DNA from: Microgenomates group bacterium GW2011_GWC1_46_15
GTDB taxonomy: Bacteria > Patescibacteriota > Microgenomatia > UBA1400 > UBA12028
Length of the DNA stretch: 64,000 nt
Direction of reading: 5' to 3'
Assembly (NCBI GenBank): GCA_001002285.1
Contig: LCLX01000002.1
Coordinates: 131,827-195,826, forward strand
Shown here: positions 37,517 through 47,243 of the stretch, one piece after another
Position numbering within the stretch: position 1 is the stretch's first letter
How the letters are laid out: every line of letters begins with the position of its first letter
Program-made: the position numbers and the translations under genes
The notes under the pieces: generated by a model
Database searches by the model: none
Seen by the model: the letters and a program-made list of their open reading frames with translations, nothing else
What the model was told of the DNA's origin: nothing

Positions 37517-38587
37517 ATGATGAAAACCATTCTTTCTTTTTATAAAAATCTTCTCGTTATGCATGTTCTTATTTTGCTCATCGCTGTTGGCGCGACATTT
37601 GCGTCTTGGAAAATTGTTACTCTAACCATTCACGCGGAAAAACAACGTGTATTTAACCAGGAAAAAGATCAGGCGGCGCAGTGGCTTACGGAAAAGTTTT
37701 CATTATATTATTCTGTGTTAAGAAGTTTTCGGGCGTTTTGGTATAGCAATCCCCACGTTTCACAAAGTCAGTGGGAAAAATTTGTGAAAGATTCGGGAGT
37801 AATCAGTGAGTATCCTGGAATCTCATCGGTGTTTATGATCAAACGAGTACAACAGGAAGGCGCGCGCCCCTTAGAACAAGATATGCGGCGTATTTCCAAT
37901 CCTGCGTATAAAAAATACACTATCCATCCGGTAAAAAAGGATGCAGAGTACTATCTTGGATTCTATATTTATCCCACCGAAGGTCGGGAAACGGCGTTAG
38001 GCCTCGATCACCTCTCTATTCAAGACCGGCAAGAAAAACTTTTTCAGGCACGAGATACCGGAAATATTATGAACACGAGAGAAACACTGCTTTTGAATAC
38101 TGGACGACCAGGATTTTTTCTTGTCGCCCCACTGTACGACAATGCGGTACCACACGACACTGTTGACGGAAGAAGAAAAGCGTTCTGGGGATTTTCCGCC
38201 ATTTCTTTCCGGAGCAACGAGCTTTTTTCTTCTATTTATGGCAACGAAGACCCGTTCCCATTCCTCGACTTTGAGATATACGATGGAACACAAGTAACGC
38301 CGGAAAATTTACTCTATGACCATGACCGATCTCTCTCTGCTGTTACTCTTTCAAATGCATCCAAAATGACATATCAACAGGAACTCAAGCTTGACGACAA
38401 TCGTTGGACGATTGTTTTTGCAACGAAACCAAACTTTACGTTAGGCAAGTTTCAAGAAATTTTGCCGTGGATTGTGCTTGGGATTGGCGGAGTGTTTTCA
38501 GCATTTGTTATGTTTAATCTTATTCAATATGTTTTACAGATGAAAAAAATACGACAAACGAAAGAAAAAGAGGTTCTGAAAAATTAG
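37517..38587 (+). CDS. CHASE-domain membrane protein without a cytoplasmic output domain
   Basis: TM - CHASE-like region (YPGI, YIYP..GRETALGLD, ARDTG, GFFLVAPLY, FEIYDG, RWTI) - TM - short basic tail. Confidence 0.8.
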   Translation: MMKTILSFYKNLLVMHVLILLIAVGATFASWKIVTLTIHAEKQRVFNQEKDQAAQWLTEKFSLYYSVLRSFRAFWYSNPHVSQSQWEKFVKDSGVISEYPGISSVFMIKRVQQEGARPLEQDMRRISNPAYKKYTIHPVKKDAEYYLGFYIYPTEGRETALGLDHLSIQDRQEKLFQARDTGNIMNTRETLLLNTGRPGFFLVAPLYDNAVPHDTVDGRRKAFWGFSAISFRSNELFSSIYGNEDPFPFLDFEIYDGTQVTPENLLYDHDRSLSAVTLSNASKMTYQQELKLDDNRWTIVFATKPNFTLGKFQEILPWIVLGIGGVFSAFVMFNLIQYVLQMKKIRQTKEKEVLKN

Positions 38588-38691
38588 TATTGGTGAGTTC
38601 ATCGCAAATCACCAAACTTTTTTGACTCTTAATATATTCTACGTAGGTATGAGCAAATATGGCCGCCACCTTTCAATGGTAAGATTTTAAT

Positions 38692-40389
38692 ATGGCAGCT
38701 ATTGTTGTCCAACCTTTTGTCAGCAGATTTGAAACTCCCAGAGTGAAAATTAGTAATGAAGCTTTCGAAAATTCTGGCATTGAAATTTTTAGCTCCGAAC
38801 GGATACCTTTTTCGGACCGAACCGGGCCTAAAATTGCCCAAAACCTAACCAAAATGTTTGTCTCACGTGTACAAAACTTACAAAAAAGTAGTCATGACTT
38901 CCATATTTATGAGCTAGGAGCGGGTACTGGAATCTTGGCAAAAAGAATGCTTGATCTACTTAAAACCAACTATCCAAATATCTATTCCCAAACCAAGCTC
39001 CATCTTTCAGATATCTCCATGCCAGCGCTTACCCAGCTTAAAATGTTGAAAGATCTTAAGACACACAGCAGTCATATTTTATTTGAGGTTATAGACGCTC
39101 TAAATCCTAAATTCTCCCATAAACCGCTCCTAGTATATTTCACAAATCTCATTGACGCACTCCCCCACAACCGCCAAATTTTGGTCAAAAACGGTCAGAT
39201 TTTCGAATTTCAGGTTCAAACTACGCTTAAAAAGGATACCCAAATTGTTGACGCCACCTCTTATCCACCAAAAATTCTCGAAGGAAATAAAATCACCGAC
39301 CTTTTCTCTCCAAATAACATTAAAAGGAGAATAATTCTAGCACCTCAAATTCTTCAATCCTTGGAAGAAAAATCTCGATTCGTTCCTGTCGACGAAGTAT
39401 CAAATATGACTGAAAAAGAACGGGGAGATCTAAAAAACTTAGTAAAATCCAAGGACAACGGCGCTCCTTTTGTGTTTAATTATAACTATCCGGCCCGGCT
39501 GGCAATCATAAAAATGATTCGGGAATTGGAAAAGGGGGGGTTTATCTTTTTCTCGGACTTCGGCATTGCTGAAGGAACACTCGAAGAGGGTCTGCATCTG
39601 GAATGCGGTTTAACGATTTTTTTTACTGTAGACTTCCCTTCCTTTAAACAAATAGCACATACTGAGGGAGCATCTTGTTTTTTAACTTCCTATCTTCCGG
39701 GCTACCCGCAAGAAATGGTCATAGATACACTCCGTAATGATCTGACAATGGCAAATCTATTCCAAAAAGCTTCTATAGATTATCTTCAAGGCGAAGTAAG
39801 CGCTTTTTTGGAAAATGTTAAAACTGTTCTTTCCAATAGCCAAATGGCTAAAAATCAAAAATCAAAAAGGATTCACCATCTTTATAATTCTTTGTCTGTC
39901 GATGTAAGCCATAACTATCAACTGTTAAGTGATCTGCCTTATTTCTTCCTCCAGGCAGGTTTTTACAAAGATGCAGATTTTTATGCGGACATTCTCTATA
40001 ACCAGTATGGTCATTCTGTGGGAGTTTATTACGACATAATCAAAGGTAAGGTGCGGCAAGAAGAAGGCAATTTTAAAACCGCCGAGAAATTTTTTAAAGA
40101 GGCGGCCGAAAGCCACAAGGGATTTATAGCTTATGCGTATCTGGCCGAACTTTATTGGCAACATAAGCGCTACCCTGACTACGTTGAAGCTATTAAAAAG
40201 TATCTGAAATTCACCAGAAAAAGAGATCACCTAACAAGCCTGCTCTCAATCGCTTCAGCACAGGAGAAATATCTTGGTCCAGAAAAGGCCAAAAAAACTT
40301 TGGCGATTTTTATTAGTTTTGGGAAAAAATTAAAAAATCTTTCTTTATCAGAAAAAACATCTCTGGAACAAGCCCGCAGATTATTGTAA
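38692..40389 (+). CDS. SAM-dependent methyltransferase (MidA/NDUFAF7-like) fused to C-terminal TPR region
   Basis: IYELGAGTGILA, SDIS, TNLIDALP, SDFG, TVDF follow the MidA motif order; helical TPR-like C-terminus. Confidence 0.72.
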   Translation: MAAIVVQPFVSRFETPRVKISNEAFENSGIEIFSSERIPFSDRTGPKIAQNLTKMFVSRVQNLQKSSHDFHIYELGAGTGILAKRMLDLLKTNYPNIYSQTKLHLSDISMPALTQLKMLKDLKTHSSHILFEVIDALNPKFSHKPLLVYFTNLIDALPHNRQILVKNGQIFEFQVQTTLKKDTQIVDATSYPPKILEGNKITDLFSPNNIKRRIILAPQILQSLEEKSRFVPVDEVSNMTEKERGDLKNLVKSKDNGAPFVFNYNYPARLAIIKMIRELEKGGFIFFSDFGIAEGTLEEGLHLECGLTIFFTVDFPSFKQIAHTEGASCFLTSYLPGYPQEMVIDTLRNDLTMANLFQKASIDYLQGEVSAFLENVKTVLSNSQMAKNQKSKRIHHLYNSLSVDVSHNYQLLSDLPYFFLQAGFYKDADFYADILYNQYGHSVGVYYDIIKGKVRQEEGNFKTAEKFFKEAAESHKGFIAYAYLAELYWQHKRYPDYVEAIKKYLKFTRKRDHLTSLLSIASAQEKYLGPEKAKKTLAIFISFGKKLKNLSLSEKTSLEQARRLL

Positions 40390-40398
40390 GCTAAAAAT

Positions 40399-43065
40399 AT
40401 GGCGGGTACATTTTCTACCGATCTGACACCTATCAAAGCAGCGGAAGCGACCGCCGATTATTCTTTAGTCGGCACTTTAAAAAGCGCCATGGCGCTTAAT
40501 GACGACTATAAACTTGAAAGTACCAACTGCATCACTTGCGGTGTCAGCAGCGCCACTGGTACTGGTACCGCTAGCATACTGGCCTTGACTCCTTCTGCAA
40601 ATCTAAATCTAACTGGTGCAGGATACCATTTTTTTATGTGGATCAAAGGTATCGCTTGGCCGTCAATGGCCATAAGAGCGTCTGGAGGACTTGGTATGTC
40701 CATATCTTCAGATGCCCCACCAACGGCAGTTATTTCTGTTTTGTCAGCGGTTGTTGTCAATGGTGGAACTTCGGGGACATATGCAGTCAGTGACGTCTTA
40801 ACCGTTGTCGGAGGAACTGGTACCGCCGCAACACTTACGGTTACAGGAGTTAGCGCAGGCAAAGTGACGACCGTAATTCCTACTGCCTCCACCCGGGGAG
40901 CATATACAACCTTTCCCACAAACCCTGTTTCTGTTACAGGGGGTGGTGGTACAGGAGCCACTTTTACCCTCACTTCCATTAACACCACCACCAACACTAA
41001 ACAATGGTTTGTCGGAGGTAGTAATACAGATTCCGTCGTGGGCTGGACAAACTATGTGGTTGATATAGACGGTACACCGGATATTTCCATAGGTACTCCC
41101 GCTATGAACTCGGTTGACAGAATGGGTTTTCGTATGACAGCTACCGCAGTTGTGAAAGTAGCTAACTTCATTTTTGACGTTAGCCGGTATGGGAAAGGAA
41201 GTACTATAAATGACGGGACTGGTAGTGTTCCTGTCACCCTGGCCGATTACCAAGTATATGACAATGCCAATGCCCGCTCCTGGGGCGTTGTTACTACCCA
41301 AAATGGTATTTATTTTATCTGCGGAAAACTTAATATCGGAACGGTTGCCCAAAGCGCAGAGACGGTATTTAAGGAGCAAGCTAACGTCATCGTCTACCAG
41401 GATTTTCCCGTTGCATCAACTTTTTATGAAATTCTAGTTGTGGGAGCGAGCGCCCAAAAAACTACTTTTCAGCTAGGAAGTTATGACCCCGCTTCGGGAT
41501 TAACTTCAGGCGGGTGTACTATCAAAGGTTCTGGTAATGTCAACAGCTCGTCTCGAACTGATGGCACGGTAGGAATCGCCCACTCCGTTTGGACTCTTAC
41601 GGCCAGCGACGCCAACCAGGTAACCAAACTATACGCTTCAACCTTTTCCGAAATGCTTAGCGCGGCCTTAGCATACAACGCAGTTTCTATTGAACTGACC
41701 ACTAACTGCACCACCAATGGAACCGTCACGCTTGTGACATCCGACAGTTATGATACGTCCGGAATTGTGATCGGAATGAAAGTAACCGGCACAAATATCG
41801 ATGCCAATACTTACGTTTCGTCCATTGAAAGCGCTACTTCTTTAACTATGGATAAAGCCGCCACAGGTTCAGGGTCTTCACTCACCATGACCTTTACCCA
41901 CAACAACGAAATAAGGGGTTGTACTTTCTCAAATTTCGGCACCATCACAACCAACGGGTGTGTTATAGATAGTTGCACATTTCAAGACGTCAAAACCGGA
42001 GCGCCAATCAGTGCTACTTATGCGTTGATTGTGAACTCCACTACAGAAATGGGCAGGATCACTAACTCCAAATTTATTAACTGCAACCGCGCAATCAAAA
42101 TTACTACTGCGGGTGATTATACTTTTACCGGCAACACCTTCTCTGGAAACACGTACGATATCGAAAACTCGGCCGCCGGTGCCAATGTCACCGATATCTA
42201 TTCAGAAAGCAATTCCGATGGCACCATTGCACTCAACGACTCTACAATCGGAGTTTCTCAGTCGTTTACTGGCGATGGAAATAAATTGGCCAACGCTGTT
42301 TTCTACTTAAGCAAAACGAATGCTCCATCTGGGAATGCTGTCGCGAAAGTGTATGCGCATTCTGGTACTTTTGCTTCTAGTTCGCTTCCCACTGGAACTG
42401 CTTTGGCTACAAGTCGAAATGTTGACGTTACCGCTCTCACTGGTTCGCTTGCTCTCACTACTTTTTATTTTGGCGATCAGGGTCAAAACATTACCCTTAC
42501 AAACGGCACAAAATATGTTGTTACCATTGAATATAGTAGTGGAACTTCAAGCAATACTGTTAACGTTGGCCGTGATGCGAGTAGTGCTACAGCAGCCGGT
42601 AGCTGCGCAACCTTGGTCGGCACAACTTGGACTTCAACCGCAACTACTACCGACGCCTGCTTTTACGTACGTACTGGTGGCGTTGTTACAATCACTCTCG
42701 CTAGCGGATCAAATCCCTCCGCAAATAAGGTTTTGAACAGTAACGCTATTCCGGGCGCTATTACAATAAATACAGGTGTAAATATAACGGTCCATGTGCA
42801 AGATTCAAGTCAAGTCAATATAACAGGAGCCGGGGTTCAAATATTTCAGACTTCAACTCCAACGAATATTATCGCGAACACAACAACAGATGGCTCTGGT
42901 AACATCGTTGGAAGTACTACACTCTCCGTAGGGACAGGTCTTACTATTAGAGTCCGCAAATCTTCTAGTGGCACTCGATATGTCCCCGCAGAAACCACAA
43001 CCACCGTTCCTTCTGTAGACTCCACCATCACGGTTGTTCTTACTGTAGACACGATTGCCGCGTAG
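40399..43065 (+). CDS. 888-aa Thr/Ser/Gly-rich beta protein, no signal peptide; beta-helix segments plus inserted virion-fibre-like modules
   Basis: Parallel beta-helix-like repeats (IRGCTFSN, IDSCTFQD, ITNSKFIN, FTGNTFSGN); GGT/GGGGTGA module; GMKVTGTNI module; QSFT...LTNGTKY jelly-roll-like module. Confidence 0.7.
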   Translation: MAGTFSTDLTPIKAAEATADYSLVGTLKSAMALNDDYKLESTNCITCGVSSATGTGTASILALTPSANLNLTGAGYHFFMWIKGIAWPSMAIRASGGLGMSISSDAPPTAVISVLSAVVVNGGTSGTYAVSDVLTVVGGTGTAATLTVTGVSAGKVTTVIPTASTRGAYTTFPTNPVSVTGGGGTGATFTLTSINTTTNTKQWFVGGSNTDSVVGWTNYVVDIDGTPDISIGTPAMNSVDRMGFRMTATAVVKVANFIFDVSRYGKGSTINDGTGSVPVTLADYQVYDNANARSWGVVTTQNGIYFICGKLNIGTVAQSAETVFKEQANVIVYQDFPVASTFYEILVVGASAQKTTFQLGSYDPASGLTSGGCTIKGSGNVNSSSRTDGTVGIAHSVWTLTASDANQVTKLYASTFSEMLSAALAYNAVSIELTTNCTTNGTVTLVTSDSYDTSGIVIGMKVTGTNIDANTYVSSIESATSLTMDKAATGSGSSLTMTFTHNNEIRGCTFSNFGTITTNGCVIDSCTFQDVKTGAPISATYALIVNSTTEMGRITNSKFINCNRAIKITTAGDYTFTGNTFSGNTYDIENSAAGANVTDIYSESNSDGTIALNDSTIGVSQSFTGDGNKLANAVFYLSKTNAPSGNAVAKVYAHSGTFASSSLPTGTALATSRNVDVTALTGSLALTTFYFGDQGQNITLTNGTKYVVTIEYSSGTSSNTVNVGRDASSATAAGSCATLVGTTWTSTATTTDACFYVRTGGVVTITLASGSNPSANKVLNSNAIPGAITINTGVNITVHVQDSSQVNITGAGVQIFQTSTPTNIIANTTTDGSGNIVGSTTLSVGTGLTIRVRKSSSGTRYVPAETTTTVPSVDSTITVVLTVDTIAA

Positions 43066-43107
43066 AAATGTGATGATATCGTTTTATAATCCTGCTATAC
43101 TCGCACT

Positions 43108-43620
43108 ATGCAAATCGTTGATATTAACGGAACAGAACGCACATGTTTAAAGGCGTTCCCTGACCCCGCATACCCTGGATATATGCGCGTTGAGTTCAGA
43201 ACTCACCATGAATGGTTCACGCTCAAAGAGTTTCTTTTTTTTAACCCCACGCTGAAAAACTTAATGGCTGGTGCTCCCAATCTTCCTGCCGATGATCTTG
43301 GAGTCGTTACATCATCCGGAAAAAACTTTATCAGAGATGCAAAGAAAAACTGGAAAGAAAACAGTTATATTGATTTCACGATTTGGATCTCGCGGGGGCT
43401 TGGTGAGGGACAAACACGAAGGGTGATGAGGAATACACGAAACACGGTCTATACCAATACACCTTGGAATACCAAACCAAATAAAACTTCTCAGTATTTA
43501 ATTTCACATGATATTCACGATGTGAAAGCGTTTGGAAATGTTCTTCCACAAATTGAACAGGCCGAATACGAAAGACGCGCTAAAGAAATGGATAAAAAGA
43601 AAGCACCACAAAAAAATTAA
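43108..43620 (+). CDS. hypothetical basic protein with a fibre-type small beta-barrel motif
   Basis: GLGEGQTRRVMRNT...TPWNTKPNKTSQYLI; TGCTATACT 6 nt before ATG. Confidence 0.7.
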   Translation: MQIVDINGTERTCLKAFPDPAYPGYMRVEFRTHHEWFTLKEFLFFNPTLKNLMAGAPNLPADDLGVVTSSGKNFIRDAKKNWKENSYIDFTIWISRGLGEGQTRRVMRNTRNTVYTNTPWNTKPNKTSQYLISHDIHDVKAFGNVLPQIEQAEYERRAKEMDKKKAPQKN

Positions 43621-43631
43621 AAATATATACT

Positions 43632-44105
43632 ATGAAACTCGCAAAAGAATATCAGTTCCTCGTTATTATCAGCCTCTTTATTTTTGCGTACGTGCTCGAA
43701 GCGCTCGTGAATCCTCTGCAAATCAATCTTATTACTCCATACAGCTACCTTAACCCACAAATTCTTGCGAAGTACCCGTTTACAACCGCAATTATTGCGA
43801 TTAAAAGTATCGCGATCTTTTGGACCCCACTATTTCTTTTTTCTTTTATCCAGAAAGCATACGCCGCAAAGGGAAGCATTTTCCTTGTATTAGCCGGACT
43901 TCTCCAGTTATACTCACTCCAAGAAATCGCAACCGGTGCCCAAATTGTGCCACTGGAGTGGTCACTCGCGCTTTCTGTTGCGGGAATACTCCTTCTTATC
44001 CCAACCAGTCTTTTTTTCCTTCAGCATAGTTTTCATACAATGCGTGCGAAAATCCACTCGCCTACTCCTCCACCCATTGCTTCTCCACAAAAATCCACTC
44101 CTTGA
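43632..44105 (+). CDS. four-TM membrane protein
   Basis: Four hydrophobic segments, Pro-rich tail. Confidence 0.75.
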   Translation: MKLAKEYQFLVIISLFIFAYVLEALVNPLQINLITPYSYLNPQILAKYPFTTAIIAIKSIAIFWTPLFLFSFIQKAYAAKGSIFLVLAGLLQLYSLQEIATGAQIVPLEWSLALSVAGILLLIPTSLFFLQHSFHTMRAKIHSPTPPPIASPQKSTP

Positions 44106-44136
44106 CGCTGACCCTTCCTCTTACTACTATTGATGT

Positions 44137-44499
44137 ATGCACAAGCAATTTTTCGTGCTGGCTGACTACAGAGAAAAAAGCATACATTGGAAAGCGGGAA
44201 ATATTGTACTCGTGGATCCTGATATTGCAGTTCCATTTATTGGAACGATTCTTACCCCACTGTACTCTGCCATCAAAGCAGGTCTGTATCCACCGGCTCC
44301 GCAAGAGCCGCTTGCCATAAAAATGATGAAAAAGATGAAAGAAAATGTGAAAGAAATTGTTGGTATGCCGCCAGAATCATCAAAAAATCCTCCGCCCTCC
44401 TCACTTGGCTCAATCCTTGCGAAGAAAAAGTTTTTACAAAACGATATCCGAGCAAAAATTCAGGCAAAGAAAGCTGAACGCGCGCAAGGAAAGAGTTAG
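44137..44499 (+). CDS. hypothetical basic protein
   Basis: 120-aa co-directional ORF filling the gap. Confidence 0.55.
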   Translation: MHKQFFVLADYREKSIHWKAGNIVLVDPDIAVPFIGTILTPLYSAIKAGLYPPAPQEPLAIKMMKKMKENVKEIVGMPPESSKNPPPSSLGSILAKKKFLQNDIRAKIQAKKAERAQGKS

Positions 44500-44573
44500 C
44501 TCTTGTAACTTTGTAGTGTATACATAATACTAAAACTTGATTATTGTGGAAGTAATGGCATAAAGAAACATAT

Positions 44574-47222
44574 ATGGCAATAGCAAATGATTGGCGCATA
44601 GACTATACAAATAAACTCATTGTTCATGCAACGAGTGAGCTTGCGTACCAAACGCAAACCGTAAATTATACTGTTGGTGATCTTATTACCCAAGCAGTTT
44701 CTGGAGCAACAGCGGTTATCGTTGCTGATGTTGATGGTGGTGCTACGGGAACACTCCATATCGCGTACGTTACCGGAACGTTTAACAACACCAATACGAT
44801 TACGGATCAGCATACTGGTTCCGCTGCGCCGAACATCCCAACTGGGCTTGTTACAAAAACCGCAACATATACGACCCGCGCACTGTACTCATACATTCAA
44901 GACACGTTTGACGAGCTTGTTCAGCTTGACGATACCGTTCCAATGTCCGCCCAGACGCCTACTGAGTTTACACTTATTAACGGGTGGTTTATTGACGATA
45001 ACTCGGTCAAGTTCCTATACGGCGGAGCACTTCAAACATCTGGCTATGATGCTGTAATCCAGATGATAGCTTTTGGCGGAACATATACCCCGGCAATTAA
45101 TTCTGATATCGGAAAGATGGTGAACGACGATACTGTTGATAGCGGTAATCTCCTCCATTTCAACAATACAACGAAAAAATGGTGGGTTCGTTGGGGAACC
45201 CAAATCGCTTCCGGTTCAGCTATGACACTAGATGGTTCGGGTACTGGTGCCGGAACAACAAATGTTAACGGAGACATTACTGGTGAAGATTTGTACGCGA
45301 ACGTCTATACCTTGGGAAGCATCGCAACAAATCCAAATCCGCAAACATATATTTTCCAGAACTCCGCCTCCATTACACCGTGGTGGGGTCGTGGAGACGT
45401 AAACGCTGCTATTGACGTCCTCATTAAGGTAAAAGAACTTGGAAGCGAAATTGATGGTGCAAATATTACCGTGTATGTCCGCCATTACGGCGACTTATAC
45501 GACCACTTTGCCATTGATCTTACAAACGGAGGACGCAACGCCGTTCCTCTCTCCTCTGCTACAGACTTGAACAATAATACACTGGGTGAAGCGTATCTTT
45601 TATACGATGGTCAAGGAGCAACAAACTTTACGGCAGGTCTCATCCTCACCAATGCCGGTGGCACCGCAACCGCTGAGATCATCGCTGATACAGATAACGG
45701 TGCGAATGGATATTTAACCTTAGGGAATGTCAAAGGTACTTTTGCAGATGGTGAAATTATTACCGATACTTCCACAGGATCGGCAACAGTCAATGGAAGT
45801 GTTGGCGACACTGTTCTCAACTTTGATACCGAAACCGCGGCATTTGTCGCACTTGATCAAATCGTTACAGGCGGCACTTCTCTTGCACAACGACAACTCA
45901 AAGGTATTCAGGATGATGCGGGAGCAACCGGAAGGCTTGTCTTAAAGGTGAGCGACACCGCCGATGCTGATCACTTTAAAACATTCTCTGACAATGAAAT
46001 TATTACTGGGGCAACAAATGGAAGCGCTTCTGCTAATGGTGCTTCTACTACAGCCGCCGCAGGGTTTGCAAATATCAAAACTTGGTTTGTAAACGTCGAG
46101 GTAGACTTTGCAAGCAAAACGGGATCGGTACCGGCGGGAAGTACGGTGACCGGAGCAACCTCTGGAGCGATAGGAGTGTTTTTAGGGGAAAAAGACGCAA
46201 ACACACTCACCATTGGGAACTGGAACGGAATAAATTTTACTGCAAGTGAACAACTTCGAGTAGATGTGTCAAACTACTACGCGCTTCATGCAACACTCAA
46301 TCAAACATCCGCTTTTACAATGAACAAGGCGTTCACCCAAGGAACAAATAATCCGTACTCTATTATTGTGGACTGTGCAAACCGCTCACTCTCTCAAGTT
46401 TACGAATGGCTTAAGTACATTACACGCGATGGTGCCAACTCAAGCCAAGTTTATCGCCAAATTATGTACCCCGTTATCTCTTCAACCGTTGTCCAACAAG
46501 ATGGCGAAGAATACATCGCAGCCCGCGTTCTCCCTGATACTGCGTTCACACCAGTCAAAGCTTCCCCATTTGGGACCTTTGCTGGAGGTAAACTCTTCGG
46601 TGCCCAAGGTGTTTGGGTGCAAAACATGGTAAGCACCGATGTTCAATCATTCCAGCTTATTGACAGTAACGGAGCTACCCGTACTCCGCCGAACTTCCAA
46701 TCGCTTACCGTCACCGGTGTCATTTCTGGAGATAAGGTTGCAGTATTCCGCACCACAGGAGGTACAACAATTAATAAAGCCGTATTTACACTTGCCGCAG
46801 GAAACAATGCTGGGAATAGCACGATCGTTGTAAATGAAGCAATCCCAACCGATACTCCTTCTCCGACCGGTGTTATTCGGTTAGTTGATACGTCAGACAC
46901 GAGTATTAATCGTGAAACAAAGTACACGTATACGAGTTGGGATGGCGGCACAAAAACATTCTCTGGCGTATCTCCCGTCCTAGATAGAAATTACACATTA
47001 ACGGATGACACAGCCTACGTTCCATACATTGATACCACAGCATCTGGCACGAGCGTTACCGTTTCGGTTATTTACCCAAGTGCTGACCGCACGGTGCTCG
47101 CCCGTGTCCGCCGGTATAACGGTGTAGGTGACTCTATTCTTCCTTTCGAAACAACCGGAACATACAGCTCTACCGGGTACTCTACTGCTGCTATCCGTAC
47201 ATCCGACTCCATCGTTCTATAG
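44574..47222 (+). CDS. 882-aa acidic beta-rich protein, no signal peptide, four internal ~65-aa repeats; virion-structural-like
   Basis: MAIANDWRIDY start; LYSYIQDTFDE...PMSAQTPTEFTLINGWFID core; repeats of type xTxGxxxTxxxSGAxA...GTFxxxExIT. Confidence 0.72.
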   Translation: MAIANDWRIDYTNKLIVHATSELAYQTQTVNYTVGDLITQAVSGATAVIVADVDGGATGTLHIAYVTGTFNNTNTITDQHTGSAAPNIPTGLVTKTATYTTRALYSYIQDTFDELVQLDDTVPMSAQTPTEFTLINGWFIDDNSVKFLYGGALQTSGYDAVIQMIAFGGTYTPAINSDIGKMVNDDTVDSGNLLHFNNTTKKWWVRWGTQIASGSAMTLDGSGTGAGTTNVNGDITGEDLYANVYTLGSIATNPNPQTYIFQNSASITPWWGRGDVNAAIDVLIKVKELGSEIDGANITVYVRHYGDLYDHFAIDLTNGGRNAVPLSSATDLNNNTLGEAYLLYDGQGATNFTAGLILTNAGGTATAEIIADTDNGANGYLTLGNVKGTFADGEIITDTSTGSATVNGSVGDTVLNFDTETAAFVALDQIVTGGTSLAQRQLKGIQDDAGATGRLVLKVSDTADADHFKTFSDNEIITGATNGSASANGASTTAAAGFANIKTWFVNVEVDFASKTGSVPAGSTVTGATSGAIGVFLGEKDANTLTIGNWNGINFTASEQLRVDVSNYYALHATLNQTSAFTMNKAFTQGTNNPYSIIVDCANRSLSQVYEWLKYITRDGANSSQVYRQIMYPVISSTVVQQDGEEYIAARVLPDTAFTPVKASPFGTFAGGKLFGAQGVWVQNMVSTDVQSFQLIDSNGATRTPPNFQSLTVTGVISGDKVAVFRTTGGTTINKAVFTLAAGNNAGNSTIVVNEAIPTDTPSPTGVIRLVDTSDTSINRETKYTYTSWDGGTKTFSGVSPVLDRNYTLTDDTAYVPYIDTTASGTSVTVSVIYPSADRTVLARVRRYNGVGDSILPFETTGTYSSTGYSTAAIRTSDSIVL

Positions 47223-47243
47223 TTCTCTTGCTATAATGTCCCC

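Noticed and set aside
38600-42300. Apparent compositional shift suggesting a separately acquired segment
   Set aside because: Impression by eye only; needs k-mer or codon-usage computation before it can be claimed
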